From: Schmidtea polychroa
Taxonomy: Eukaryota
NCBI GenBank assembly: GCA_044892525.1
Contig: CM097885.1
Span: forward strand, 157,170,001 to 157,234,000
Reading direction: 5' to 3'
DNA: 64,000 nt
This document shows positions 14,801 to 26,102 of this stretch, one piece after another. A model generated the notes under the pieces. That model searched no databases. It saw only the letters and a program-made list of their open reading frames with translations, and was not told where the DNA came from. The translations under genes were made by a program, and so were the position numbers. Position 1 is the stretch's first letter; the number at the start of each line of letters is the position of its first letter.

Positions 14801-17800
14801 NNNNNNNNNNNNNNNNNNNNNNNNNNNNNNNNNNNNNNNNNNNNNNNNNNNNNNNNNNNNNNNNNNNNNNNNNNNNNNNNNNNNNNNNNNNNNNNNNNNN
14901 NNNNNNNNNNNNNNNNNNNNNNNNNNNNNNNNNNNNNNNNNNNNNNNNNNNNNNNNNNNNNNNNNNNNNNNNNNNNNNNNNNNNNNNNNNNNNNNNNNNN
15001 NNNNNNNNNNNNNNNNNNNNNNNNNNNNNNNNNNNNNNNNNNNNNNNNNNNNNNNNNNNNNNNNNNNNNNNNNNNNNNNNNNNNNNNNNNNNNNNNNNNN
15101 NNNNNNNNNNNNNNNNNNNNNNNNNNNNNNNNNNNNNNNNNNNNNNNNNNNNNNNNNNNNNNNNNNNNNNNNNNNNNNNNNNAAATCGGATTGATTTGTT
15201 GTCCTAAAGCTACCAATTAAGGGAAAATCTAATAATTAATGCCGAATATCTAATTTTAGGATGAATAAACAAAAAACTGAGTCTCAAGTTTCAGAATTCA
15301 ATTTACCGAGTATAGAATAACAAATAAAATGGATTGTATACATTTGATATTTTAATTTTTGAAAAAGAATAGCAAATTTATTATGAAATTTCGATTTTCA
15401 TTTACGATAAATCGGAATATTAAATTTTGGCCTGGCAATATGTGGCTTGTTATAATTTTGACATTTAAAGTGAAAACAATAAAATATAATGATAATAGTA
15501 TTATGAAACAATTCAAATAAATATGTCACCTGATCTTTCTTTCTCTTCCACTCTAATTGACTCTTTCTTTTGGAAGGGTACCCAGAGCTAATTGAACAAA
15601 AACTACCAATGTTATAAAGGGTTCTGATGATAGTTATGAAATTGGTGTATCAGACTGATGCATAAATAATGGCTTTTTATTGTTCTGTAATAAAGCAAAT
15701 GTAATATTCATTTAATTTATGTAATTTATGTCCTATTTCCGTCTCCAACTGTATTCCATCTACTTTAAAGGTTAAAACTGCCTGAATTACATACTGATTC
15801 CGGCTTTCAAAGAAAATGTCATCGAAGATTTTATGATAAATCAACAATCGAAATCGAGTGTCACAAAACGGTTTTACATTTGAGAATTATGAAAAATTGT
15901 TTAAAAATATCCCCAACCTAACTCTTAGTTATTTTCCCTTGTAGATCTTGTTGCAAGGGGTCCCTTTGTAACCCTTTAATGTTTATAGAATGTTTAGGAA
16001 TCGGAATCCGTAAAATTCTCAAATATGAATTTAATTTTTTCGTAGTGTTAATAAATTAATAAAAAAACAAATGTATTAATTGCTATTTAAAACAAAAGTG
16101 TAAGTCACTCACCAGAAAGTGAAAATTTTGTTGACAGTTGAACAATTTAATTTCAGTAATTCTTAATAAAGTAAAAGTTTTATTCGAGAAAATTCTACTT
16201 TTGGAAGAAATCTATGTGATTATTGTTTTTATGACAATGTTTCACATTTCATAATCCTGTATTTCAGACATACTTTTTATAAGTATATATTTAAAAGTTA
16301 AATATTAACTTTAAAAATTAATTCAATAAATTATTTTAAAATAGTATAAATTATTTTAAATTATTTTAAATTATTTTAATTTAAATTATTTTAAAATAGT
16401 ATTTTCAAATTAACCTTTTAAATGTAAAATGTAAAATTAATAAATATTTATAAATTTAAAATAATAAATGTTGATCTGAATGAAATGTATGAAGAATGAA
16501 ATCTGTCCTTCTGAAAATATCAATATTTGACGCTGAAAAAACACTCCAAATATATTGTGTGTTTTATTAATAATTAAAAAAACAATGTTTGATCTGAAAC
16601 AAATTATTGGAAGATTGTTATTTCATGGATGTGATAAATACAAGTTCACGTAACTAATACTTTTTCTTAATGAGATGTCTATTAGCAATGCGATCCTTAA
16701 ATTCTTATTAATAAAAATGAAGCAATTGAGTATATTACATGTATAATAAAGAAAATGTCACGTAAAAATTAGCTTCATAAGGTCATCCTATTCATTGATA
16801 TTGATATTCTATAGGTTACCGCTTTTTTGGAAACCCTTGAAATATTGCACGACTTTTAGAATGTCTAAAAATAGACAATGGTGCTTATGTTAGGATTTGC
16901 ATGTTTATTTTTGCGATTGGTATAGCTTTCATCCATGATGTCAGTGTTCCAAACTTTTTTTATCACTGACTGAGTTAGCTAGTTCAATTACTGTCCCTTC
17001 AATTTTCTCATAGAAAATTAGGCATCAAGCACATCCGTTTTAGGGATTATCATCCCCAATTCAACAGAATAATCGAATGATTTCACTTTGCAACTTTGCT
17101 CCACCACAAAGATTTCTCAGGATTTAAATTTAATGAACATGTTTTCAAAATTCATCCAACAACATTCTCACGTCTAATTACTATTTCTTAATTTTTCTCT
17201 CCACATGACCTCCATCTGTTGATGAGAAAATCAACTTCGTCACAGTTTAACCAATTTATCACCGATCACCATAAACCTACATTTTCTAACATTTTCGTCT
17301 TCAGTTAAAACATTATATCTTCCAAATATGGTTGAGTCCATTGATATGTTGGCAAACTAAAGATTCTTCAATATTTGGGATAGTTTTCTTTCTTTAATGG
17401 TTCTAAGAAATAGCAGCAGATTAAAGTTTGCCTTTCAAAGATGTTGCTCGTCAGATAGAATTCTAATCACTTTGCAGAAAGTTGGACAAAGTAATAAATG
17501 AAGCACATTACAATTTACATTTATCTGTCATATAGGTCAATTTGTGATTATATATTTTCATTTGCTGAAAGGTATATAATTGTTTAGTTCCAGATCTTGA
17601 TGGATTTTATGAAATTCAGCTCTGATTACTGCTTTCAGCTCTTCGACATTTATGAATAATTATGCTCTGTGAGTTATTGCACTAAGTCAAATTCGGGATT
17701 CGTGAAATCCATGGTATTGGTCTGTATTTTCCTATTTGGTTTTGGAAGGTCTCTTGAAAAGAAGTTTTTCTTAGTGTAGGTCGTGTGTGCAGGTGCGCAT

Positions 17801-20800
17801 CCTTAAGAATGCGTTTGGCTTGAAAATCAGGAATAAATTTCGTCAGTAGTATCTCACTGTATGGATCAAATGTTACAGTTCTGCTTATTAAGAATGGTCC
17901 ATTCAAATAAAAAGGAGATGAAAAAATTAAAAATATAATTATATAAATTAAATATTTATTCATTCATTAAACATTGTTAGCCATAGACTATCTTTAACTC
18001 TTAGGGACTCAAGAAACATCCGGGATATATAAACCCCTAAGGGTATTGCCTCTCCATTGCGCTCAATCATATTTCAATTTTTAAAAAGGTATTTTAATGA
18101 AAAATATGTTTCATTTATTTTGTTTGGATTCGTAGAAAATAAGCTCAAAATAAGTTTAAATATGCAAATCAATAAAATGCGAAAACCTATAAAAACCAAA
18201 ATTAATAAGAAATTTGGAAAAAAATCAAAATGACGTATTCCGAAGGGAATGATATATACGGATACCGAACATCGAGACGAACAGAGATATACTAATATGA
18301 AACCGATGGGCTCTCCAGAAAAAGATATTCAATAATTACAAATTAATTAAAAATAAATAAATAATTTATTAATTATATGGGAAACCGGAGCAGTAAACAA
18401 TAGGAGAGTGAAATTAGGCATCCTTTCAAAATCAATAAAGTTTATTAGTTTTGAATTAGCGAAACGAGATCTGTGAATAAAATTGGTTATTAAAGAGAAT
18501 ATAAATTTTTTATCTATTGACGTAAATTACGACTTGTAATAAATATTTAAAGAAAAAAACTCAAATATGAACAAAATTTTTTAAAATATTCTGTTCGAGT
18601 TGGGGTTATTTTAATTGACACAAAATTTTCAAATTTTTTCCATAAATATTTTACATATTTAATTCATTTTAAAAAAAGGTGATTTAAATATCTTTATCCA
18701 GTTTTGACACATAAATTATATTTATCTTCTTTATTAAATGAGATTTTATTTCCCAGTTCATGCCGGATCTAGTACGACCCGAGTTTACATTGATCCTTCA
18801 AATTATGAAGATCCAAGCACAATCGTTCAGGAATTTGCACATGAGATTGACCCAGAGAAGATTCATATTGAAACAGTTATTGGTGAAGGTAACTAATCAA
18901 ATATCATTAATTTATAGTTTTATGATCATTATTTACTGTGATATATTCTTCAAGTTTTTTCTGGGTTTTTCAGTAAAGTATTATAGAATATGATATTAAT
19001 GTAAACAAAAAATCTTTTAGATAAATATATTTGACGATAACATAAATCTTTAATGAATAAAAGTACAGAAAAAAATTTTAAGGAGTTTTTATAAATATNN
19101 NNNNNNNNNNNNNNNNNNNNNNNNNNNNNNNNNNNNNNNNNNNNNNNNNNNNNNNNNNNNNNNNNNNNNNNNNNNNNNNNNNNNNNNNNNNNNNNNNNNN
19201 NNNNNNNNNNNNNNNNNNNNNNNNNNNNNNNNNNNNNNNNNNNNNNNNNNNNNNNNNNNNNNNNNNNNNNNNNNNNNNNNNNNNNNNNNNNNNNNNNNNN
19301 NNNNNNNNNNNNNNNNNNNNNNNNNNNAGCAGCATTTATTATTTAAAACAATAAAGTGATAATTTAAGCATTTTGCTTCGAATAATGTATTTAATGAAAA
19401 TATTTTCGACTATAAGATAGTCCTTGTCAATCTCTTGGAATTTAGCATTCCTCTTACCGAACATACATCTCGATCTTTCTTTTATTTCCTTTTCTTACTT
19501 CTCATTGATTAGAAATATAATATAATGATATATTTTCTTTGTCTGAAGAATTTTTTCAAAAGCTTTTATTGAAAATTAAAATTAAATATCCTCTAAAATT
19601 AAAAATGAAGCATCAGCCAAAATCTTTAAATTTTTAAATCTTCTATAAATAGCCCATAGAAGCCTATATTAATAAAATATTTATAAAATAAAGCTTCCAA
19701 TAATTATTTATATACGCGATTTTTAATTATAATTATTTATATGTCAATTTTGATTTTTATTCCTATCTTTTGAAAGCAAATTTCCCAAAATTTCTATATT
19801 ATTTTAATTATTATTTTTTATAATATTTTTTAATTATCAAGGTCAATGACAACAGATCAAATTGATGATTTCATTGATTTCTTCTTTAGTGTAGATTGTT
19901 GGCCGTCTGTTTAAAATGAGAATTGCTTCTTTGAAAAAAATCGCTTAACATAATGGCTTCATTGAGGATCACAGATGACCCTTATTAATAGTTTATCCGA
20001 TGTGTTTCCTAATGACTGTATGAATATTAATGTTTGCTATTGATTGAGTTTGTACATAAAGGTTCTATTTATACTGTTTTGCTGTCTGAAATTGCTGTGA
20101 TATAAAATTTTTATTATACCACATGGGTAATCCCCTTCTAATTATACTAGGACAACCAATGTTTTAGGCAAGCTAATGATGGATAGTTGATATGGTTAAT
20201 GAAGTGAATAAATATATTTTTGTTTTACTAACTCACAATTCTTAGCCTTTTCATTGCCGCTTTTAGCAGAGCTTTTATATATGAATATATTTTATCTAAA
20301 CAGTTATTATTCACAAAAACATGTTACATTTAGTATTGTTAATGCTGAAGGCAAGCGAGAATATATTTTTGCGGGAAAGTTTTATTTTCTAGTGTATTTA
20401 ATTATTAATTTATGCATGATTCGACAGAGTTAAAGAATAAGTGGGAAAAGGGTAGAATATCAAATTTTTTTGGATACCCAGGTAAACATTGTAATAAAAC
20501 TGCTATCAAGACTTAAAATCAAATAAAAAGAAAAGAAATTATTTCTTGATTTTCTGTAACCTAAATGTTCAAGAACTATTTCATAGTTTTGTTCATGTTA
20601 TGTTATCATTTCTCATCTGTCAGGTCTAATAACATTATAATTTGGTAAGTCATGCTAATTTATGATTAAATTTCCAGATAATATTTATTCAAATAAAACA
20701 AATTATTCCTTCTTTAAATTGCAGCATTAAAAAAAATATTTTGAAACCTTTAATAAAATCTCCTGTATTTTTCCCTTGGATTTTTAAAATTGAATTTTCA

Positions 20801-23800
20801 ATAATCGATTTTTTTTCAATTCTTTGCAATTTTTTAATTCTTCAATATTTAAATCCTCTCCTCATCAATTCTATCACCGAAACATTTTCGTGTTTCGATT
20901 TGGTTTGATTTGGTTTTTTAATTATTTTTTTTATTTAACCTGAAAATAATTTATAATCCACTAAAAATTAAAACCTAAATTAAATTTAAAAAATTTCAAA
21001 AAATTTCAAAAATAATTAAAACAATTAATTTTATTTATGAAACTTAATTAATTCTGAAGCTCTATCAATAAATTGAGGTGAATCCTTTTTATTAATTTTA
21101 TTTTTTAGTAATTGTTTATCGAGTTTTATAAAATTTTTAAATTGGTTTTATTTAGATTTTAAATATTTTGTATACTTTTATCCATCCTGAAATTCTCATT
21201 TGATGCGGTTTTAAAAATGAAAATTTGTTAGACTACTTCTGTTAGTGATAAAAGTCAGTGCCGGTCCGGGTGATACGTGTGAGGCACGTGGGCGCCGAAT
21301 TTCTAGAGACGGCCGATTTAACAAGAAAACAATTTAGCCTGGCTAATATATATGTATATAAATATTTAATTAATAAAGTGAACTTTGTACAAACAATACA
21401 TTTTTAAATTAATATATTTTTTTCGTCCTATCCTACATGAAATATGAATAGGACCAGCGCTGATTAAAGTGATTACGCCCCAGTTTACAAATACACAAAT
21501 ACACCTGTTGAATAAAATTTATTTATAAAATTTTATATATATTTTTTGGTGTCATGCACTTTTCTGGAAGGTGTAGAATTATTTGATTTCTACTTGGGAA
21601 AGGTTTGCTAAAAGACTACAATAAAAAGGTTGGAACCAGTTAGTAAGTCACACAAAAATAATTTTTCTCACTATATTTTTTCTAAAATTATTGTCGTTGC
21701 ACTCCACTATTATGCAATACTAAATCGTCGCACTTAAAAACTTTCAGCTGAAATAAACGTTNNNNNNNNNNNNNNNNNNNNNNNNNNNNNNNNNNNNNNN
21801 NNNNNNNNNNNNNNNNNNNNNNNNNNNNNNNNNNNNNNNNNNNNNNNNNNNNNNNNNNNNNNNNNNNNNNNNNNNNNNNNNNNNNNNNNNNNNGAGAATT
21901 CGGGGAAGTGTGCAAAGGAAGATTAATAAAACATGATATACGGAATAAAATTCCAGTTGCTATTAAAACTTTGAAATCTGGATGTTCAGAGAAAGAACGA
22001 ATGAACTTCTTAATGGAAGCGGCAATTATGGGTCAATTTAGCCATTCCAATATTATTCAGTTGGAAGGAATCGTTACGAAAACTCAACCTATTATGATAA
22101 TAACACAATTTATAGAATTGGGTTCTTTAGACACGTTTTTGAGAGTAAAGTTTTAATTTTTATCAAATGATTTAAACAAATTTCAAATTTTAGAAGAAAA
22201 AATATCAATTTTCCACCTTGCAGCTACTAGGAATGCTTAGAGGAATCGTATCAGGGATGAAGTATCTTTCAGAGATGCGCTACGTCCATCGGGTAAGATT
22301 GTTTAATGTATTCATTAATGATTTCAATTGATGCTGAAGGATTTGGCAGCTAGAAATATTCTCGTGGATAAAGATTTATGTTGCAAAGTTTCAGATTTTG
22401 GCTTATCTCGAGAAATTGAGGCTGACAACACCGAAGGTNNNNNNNNNNNNNNNNNNNNNNNNNNNNNNNNNNNNNNNNNNNNNNNNNNNNNNNNNNNNNN
22501 NNNNNNNNNNNNNNNNNNNNNNNNNNNNNNNNNNNNNNNNNNNNNNNNNNNNNNNNNNNNNNNNNNNNNNNNNNNNNNNNNNNNNNNNNNNNNNNNNNNN
22601 NNNNNNNNNNNNNNNNNNNNNNNTATTATTTGCCTAATACTCGCTGAACGAATCATCTCTGGTTGTGTAAACATGTCAATGTCTTAGAACTTTTAGATTG
22701 TGTTTCAGGAAACGTTTAACATACTATTATCATTAAAACACATCTAAATTTTAGGCTTTACTTTCGATCGACATGACAGTCGGCTGTGGACAACATGGTA
22801 GGAACTTCTGGACTCTTTGACATATAACAAAATTCATTTCGTTGAATAAATATTTTTTTAGTATTTTCATGGTATTTGTTATCTTTTTGTAAGAAAAGAA
22901 TTTTTTAATATATCAAGAGCAGCCAGAAAGTTTTTGCTTCCTTTCCCCTACAATTTGATCTGTGACTCGCATTATGTTTGAGTCAAGGGTGCCCGAAAAA
23001 ATATTAATGTAAAATGTTTTAACTAGGATTTCATCATTAAGAAAATTCTATTTTCTATTTGTTAAAATTATTTATCTACAACAATTTTTAATTTAAAGAA
23101 GAAATATAAAAATTTCTAATATCAGTATTGCAATTTATTAAAAACGTTTGATTATTTTTCTAATTTAGGGTGGATTGATACCGATTAGATGGACCGCTCC
23201 AGAAGCAATTAACTACCGTCGGTTTACGTCATCAAGTGACGTGTGGAGTTTTGGAATTGTTATGTGGGAAGTAATGTCCTATGGGGAGAGACCTTATTGG
23301 AATTGGTCAAACAAGGATGTTCTTCAGGCTATTGAATCAGGTTACAGACTTCCAGCCCCTAAACGATGTCCTCCAGCAATACACCTTTTAATGCTCGATT
23401 GTTGGACTTATGAAAGGTCAGAAAGACCAAAATTTGGGCAAATTCTTCATTCTATCAATGATCTTTTAAGGTGTCCTGAAGCGCTGGCTTCTATACCTCT
23501 CTCACATTCAATTGGAAGGCGGTCAGTAGACTCATATAGACGAAATTCGTCTATTGTTTCTGAATCAAAGTTATTCAAATTTAATTAAATCCTTTCTTTA
23601 TTTTCTTTACAGAAAAACACACCTCAACAGCAAACCTTTGTTACAAGCGGAACCGGTATTTGGTCCAGAAAGTTCCATTACCCAATGGCTTGATTGCCTT
23701 GATCTATCGTGTTATCAAGATAATTTTATAAAGCATCATTTGATATATTTATGTCACATATGTAAATTTGTCCGAAACGATTTAGTTTCTCTTGAAATAA

Positions 23801-23895
23801 CCGATCCAGAACACCTTCAGAAGTTAATGAACAACATTGAGGCCATGCAAAACTATTTTGACACTTTACAATCTGCTTCTTTTGCCGTGCTGTAA
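2210..23895 (+). CDS. Eph: Eph receptor tyrosine kinase, multi-exon gene (5' end and parts of FN3-2 and the activation loop hidden in N gaps)
   Basis: Manually spliced exons with GT-AG and consistent phases: <2210-2267, 2319-2575, 5285-5694, 5748-5900, 6703-6904, 6952-7088, 8748->8984, 11936-12098, 14062-14144, 18757-18888, 21894-22144, 22194-22292, 22340->22438, 23169-23569, 23613-23895. Diagnostic motifs: [21 protein letters not shown] (LBD), [64 protein letters not shown] domain, C-terminal FAVL. Confidence 0.96.
4130..4800 (-). mobile_element. Degenerate hAT transposase remnant (BED finger to first catalytic D) in Eph intron
   Basis: Minus-strand frames give [26 protein letters not shown] (BED zinc finger), [27 protein letters not shown]...WNL and [10 protein letters not shown]; many stops and frameshifts. 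Confidence 0.65.
5285..5900 (+). CDS. Eph: Eph exons: LBD C-terminal half plus Cys-rich (sushi/EGF-like) region
   Basis: [11 protein letters not shown]...[38 protein letters not shown]...GICVDGA...CQPTGQW...CHCKLGY; intron 5695-5747; [37 protein letters not shown]. Confidence 0.93.
6633..6685. repeat. (TAA)n microsatellite
   Basis: About 17 perfect TAA units just upstream of the FN3-1 acceptor. Confidence 0.95.
6703..7088 (+). CDS. Eph: Eph exons: fibronectin type III domain 1
   Basis: EPLLSPRNL...LQLSWDAS...FRIICISC; 47-nt intron 6905-6951; [23 protein letters not shown]; donor GTAAG at 7089. Confidence 0.88.
7314..8238 (+). mobile_element. Tigger/pogo-family non-autonomous element (internal deletion derivative)
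   Basis: TA-flanked imperfect TIRs CAGGTAAACCCCGTTAACCGC / GCGTTGAACGGGCGTTACCTG. Internal transposase C-terminus: [30 protein letters not shown] and [16 protein letters not shown], typical of Tigger/TIGD. Confidence 0.85.
8748..8984 (+). CDS. Eph: Eph exon: fibronectin type III domain 2 (truncated by N gap)
   Basis: Phase-1 acceptor TTTCTAG; [26 protein letters not shown]...ISYEVII, an FN3 W/Y pattern. Confidence 0.75.
9839..10028. repeat. 190-bp near-perfect foldback palindrome (about 94-bp arms, 2-nt spacer)
   Basis: Left arm ATTAAAAAGAGAGCTTGAAGAC...TTTTTCAAGTGAATTTGA, spacer TC, right arm is its reverse complement with one indel and a few mismatches. Confidence 0.92.
10168..10826 (+). 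mobile_element. Possible solo LTR with four 17-bp tandem units
   Basis: TGT...ACA candidate ends, AAACCCGAGC-type 17-mer x4 (~10235-10303), TATAAAA at ~10484, AATAAA at ~10768. No TSD found. Confidence 0.4.
11720..11798. repeat. (ATT)n microsatellite
   Basis: About 25 perfect ATT units. Confidence 0.95.
11936..12098 (+). CDS. Eph: Eph exon: transmembrane segment
   Basis: [25 protein letters not shown] hydrophobic span followed by basic residues; CG|GTAAG donor. Acceptor position is less certain. Confidence 0.8.
14062..14144 (+). CDS. Eph: Probable Eph cytoplasmic juxtamembrane micro-exon (83 nt)
   Basis: TTTTAG acceptor, open [27 protein letters not shown]. Phase 2 in and phase 1 out exactly bridge the TM exon and the YIDP exon. 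Donor GTTATT is weak. Confidence 0.55.
16700..17900 (-). mobile_element. Highly decayed non-LTR retrotransposon RT remnant
   Basis: Minus-strand fragments [15 protein letters not shown] (like NYRPISLL) and [10 protein letters not shown] (like GLxLNxEK) with many stops. Confidence 0.4.
18757..18888 (+). CDS. Eph: Eph exon: juxtamembrane tyrosines and kinase start
   Basis: [44 protein letters not shown], the Eph-specific JM motif; TCCCAG acceptor and GTAAC donor. Not in the supplied ORF frame. Confidence 0.93.
21256..21462. mobile_element. hAT-family MITE
   Basis: TIRs CAGTGCCGGTCC / GGACCAGCGCTG; 8-bp TSD ATAAAAGT / ATTAAAGT (7/8 match). Confidence 0.75.
21894..22438 (+). CDS. Eph: Eph exons: kinase N-lobe, catalytic loop, DFG
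   Basis: GEFGEVCKG...VAIKTLK...[21 protein letters not shown]; intron 22145-22193; [23 protein letters not shown]; intron 22293-22339; DLAARNILV...[10 protein letters not shown]. Confidence 0.96.
23169..23895 (+). CDS. Eph: Eph exons: kinase C-lobe, SAM domain, PDZ-binding tail
   Basis: [14 protein letters not shown]...[22 protein letters not shown]...YRLPAP; 43-nt intron 23570-23612; [18 protein letters not shown]...HLQKL SAM pattern; ends FAVL-stop. Confidence 0.96.
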
Positions 23896-26102
23896 AATTA
23901 TCACATATCTCACCAAACCGAAATTAATAATGATAGAAATTAGTTTGTTTTATCAAACGATTTTTAAATACTTTTTTTAAACAATTCAATGGTCAAATAT
24001 TTATTTTTTGACTTGTATATCAGTAAATATCCGAAAGAAAGTGATATTTCATTGAAAATGGGCATTTGTCACAATTGTAAACTCTCGGTGGAATTTTTCG
24101 TTGTTTTTTAACTGTTTATTTGTTTGTTTAAAACGATGACAGTTCAAACAGAACAAGATGAAATTACCAATTGTCCGAAATATTAATAAAAAACCGAATT
24201 TAAATTAATTATACTTTTAAATAGATTGTTGTTTCATGGACAAGGTTGTTAATAGTAAAATGTTTTTATTTGTTTTATTGAATGGTTTTAATATAAAATT
24301 AGTCGAAATCGAATTATTACTAAAATTTCTTATTTTTAATTATAAAAAATTCAGAAAATAAATGATTAAAATTGTAATTAAATGACTAATTTGATTAAAA
24401 TAGAGTGATGAGATATTCGATCCAATTTCTAACGGCAATCTAATTTCAAGTTTATTTGGCTTTCTTGGTAATATACAAATGTATCTTGTTAATGATCCTT
24501 CCGAAAGTGTCTCATTTGAGACTAGTCAGAATCAATAAGTAATTTATTTTGGAATTTTTATTCAGTGGTGAAATTTGAAAAAAGTTCTTATTCAATAATT
24601 CAAAAATTCTGATGATAATACCAGATCGTTAAGGTTCAGGGGTGACCCATTAGATTGAGGATTAATTCGAAAATTGAAATCTATCTAGGGATAGGCAACT
24701 ATTTCTATCAATAATGGCAATATCTGTAAGGAAAATGACTAGCCAATTTGAAGCGATAATTAACATTTTAGATTTGGATCATGAAGAAAAAGCTGAGGCA
24801 AAAACAAAGAGTGGAAACAAATTGTAGACATGAATTGTTAAAGCTACAAATTGTTTGGGTTCTTAAATTTAAAATTTTCAAATAATTAAAAAAGGAATAT
24901 TGAAAATTCTAAATCAATAAATCATCGAATTAAAATGTGAAAAACGGGTTAGGCGTAAATGAGATGAGGGGAAAGATCATGGGAGAATGGATTCATCAGA
25001 ATATGTTTAGAAAGGGTCGAAATGCAAGAAAACGTATAAAAACAGAAAATTAAGGAAAACCGAGTTAAGTAAACAGAAAGCCAAGAAAACAAAGTGGATT
25101 CTGGAAAACCATTATTATGACAGCATGAATAATGGGAAAATTGGAAAAAGATTATTAAAAAGAAGATGCACGGTGAGACAATTAATTATTTCTTTCGAAG
25201 GAGAAAAGATAAAGAAGGCCACGAGGCAATATTGTCAAACGGAAACGATCTAGTTGAAACGCCATTAATCAATGCGATTATTTCAACTATATAAAGGAAA
25301 TCAAATTCAGAAGCAATTGGCATTTTGTCCCAGGTTAACAATTTGACATTTAGGAAAGATGGGAAAATTAAAGTCACAAGATAGAAACGGAAAGGAAAAT
25401 AAAAAAATCAAGTTAAGTCAAATGATTAAAAAAGGTGATTAATGTTGGATATGTCAGATAGACCGCGGTGGTTGAAAACTCGTTCAGTACGACTATCAGA
25501 AAGAATGGGAAATTTGGAAAATAAATTTGAATTGACATATGAAACTCTGATACAAGTTCGTACGAAAATATATGAAGATAAAGACTATTTCAATAAAAAC
25601 CTTGCCAATTTAAAAAATACAATACTTGCATTAAAATAAATTTAAAAAATCTCTCATCAACCTGTAAAAATTTGAATTATTTTATAAATTAAAAAAATGT
25701 ATTAATATGATTTCATNNNNNNNNNNNNNNNNNNNNNNNNNNNNNNNNNNNNNNNNNNNNNNNNNNNNNNNNNNNNNNNNNNNNNNNNNNNNNNNNNNNN
25801 NNNNNNNNNNNNNNNNNNNNNNNNNNNNNNNNNNNNNNNNNNNNNNNNNNNNNNNNNNNNNNNNNNNNNNNNNNNNNNNNNNNNNNNNNNNNNNNNNNNN
25901 NNNNNNNNNNNNNNNNNNNNNNNNNCATTAGTATCCTTACTTTGAACAATTAAAACAATTTATTATTTTAAGGAAACATTCTATTATTATTTGATGAATT
26001 AATGAGGAACTCAAAGTACAAATGCGATTATTATGCGAATATAGCTTTATTTTCCCGCCATATTCGATTATTCGAAGCTGCTAACATCTTCTTAATTATT
26101 CT

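Noticed and set aside
24560-25420. Possible LINE endonuclease/RT remnant
   Set aside because: Only vague motif similarity and no diagnostic residues; not supportable without alignment.
25442-25639. 65-aa ORF downstream of Eph
   Set aside because: No recognisable domain or splice context, and it lies among decayed repeat-like sequence.
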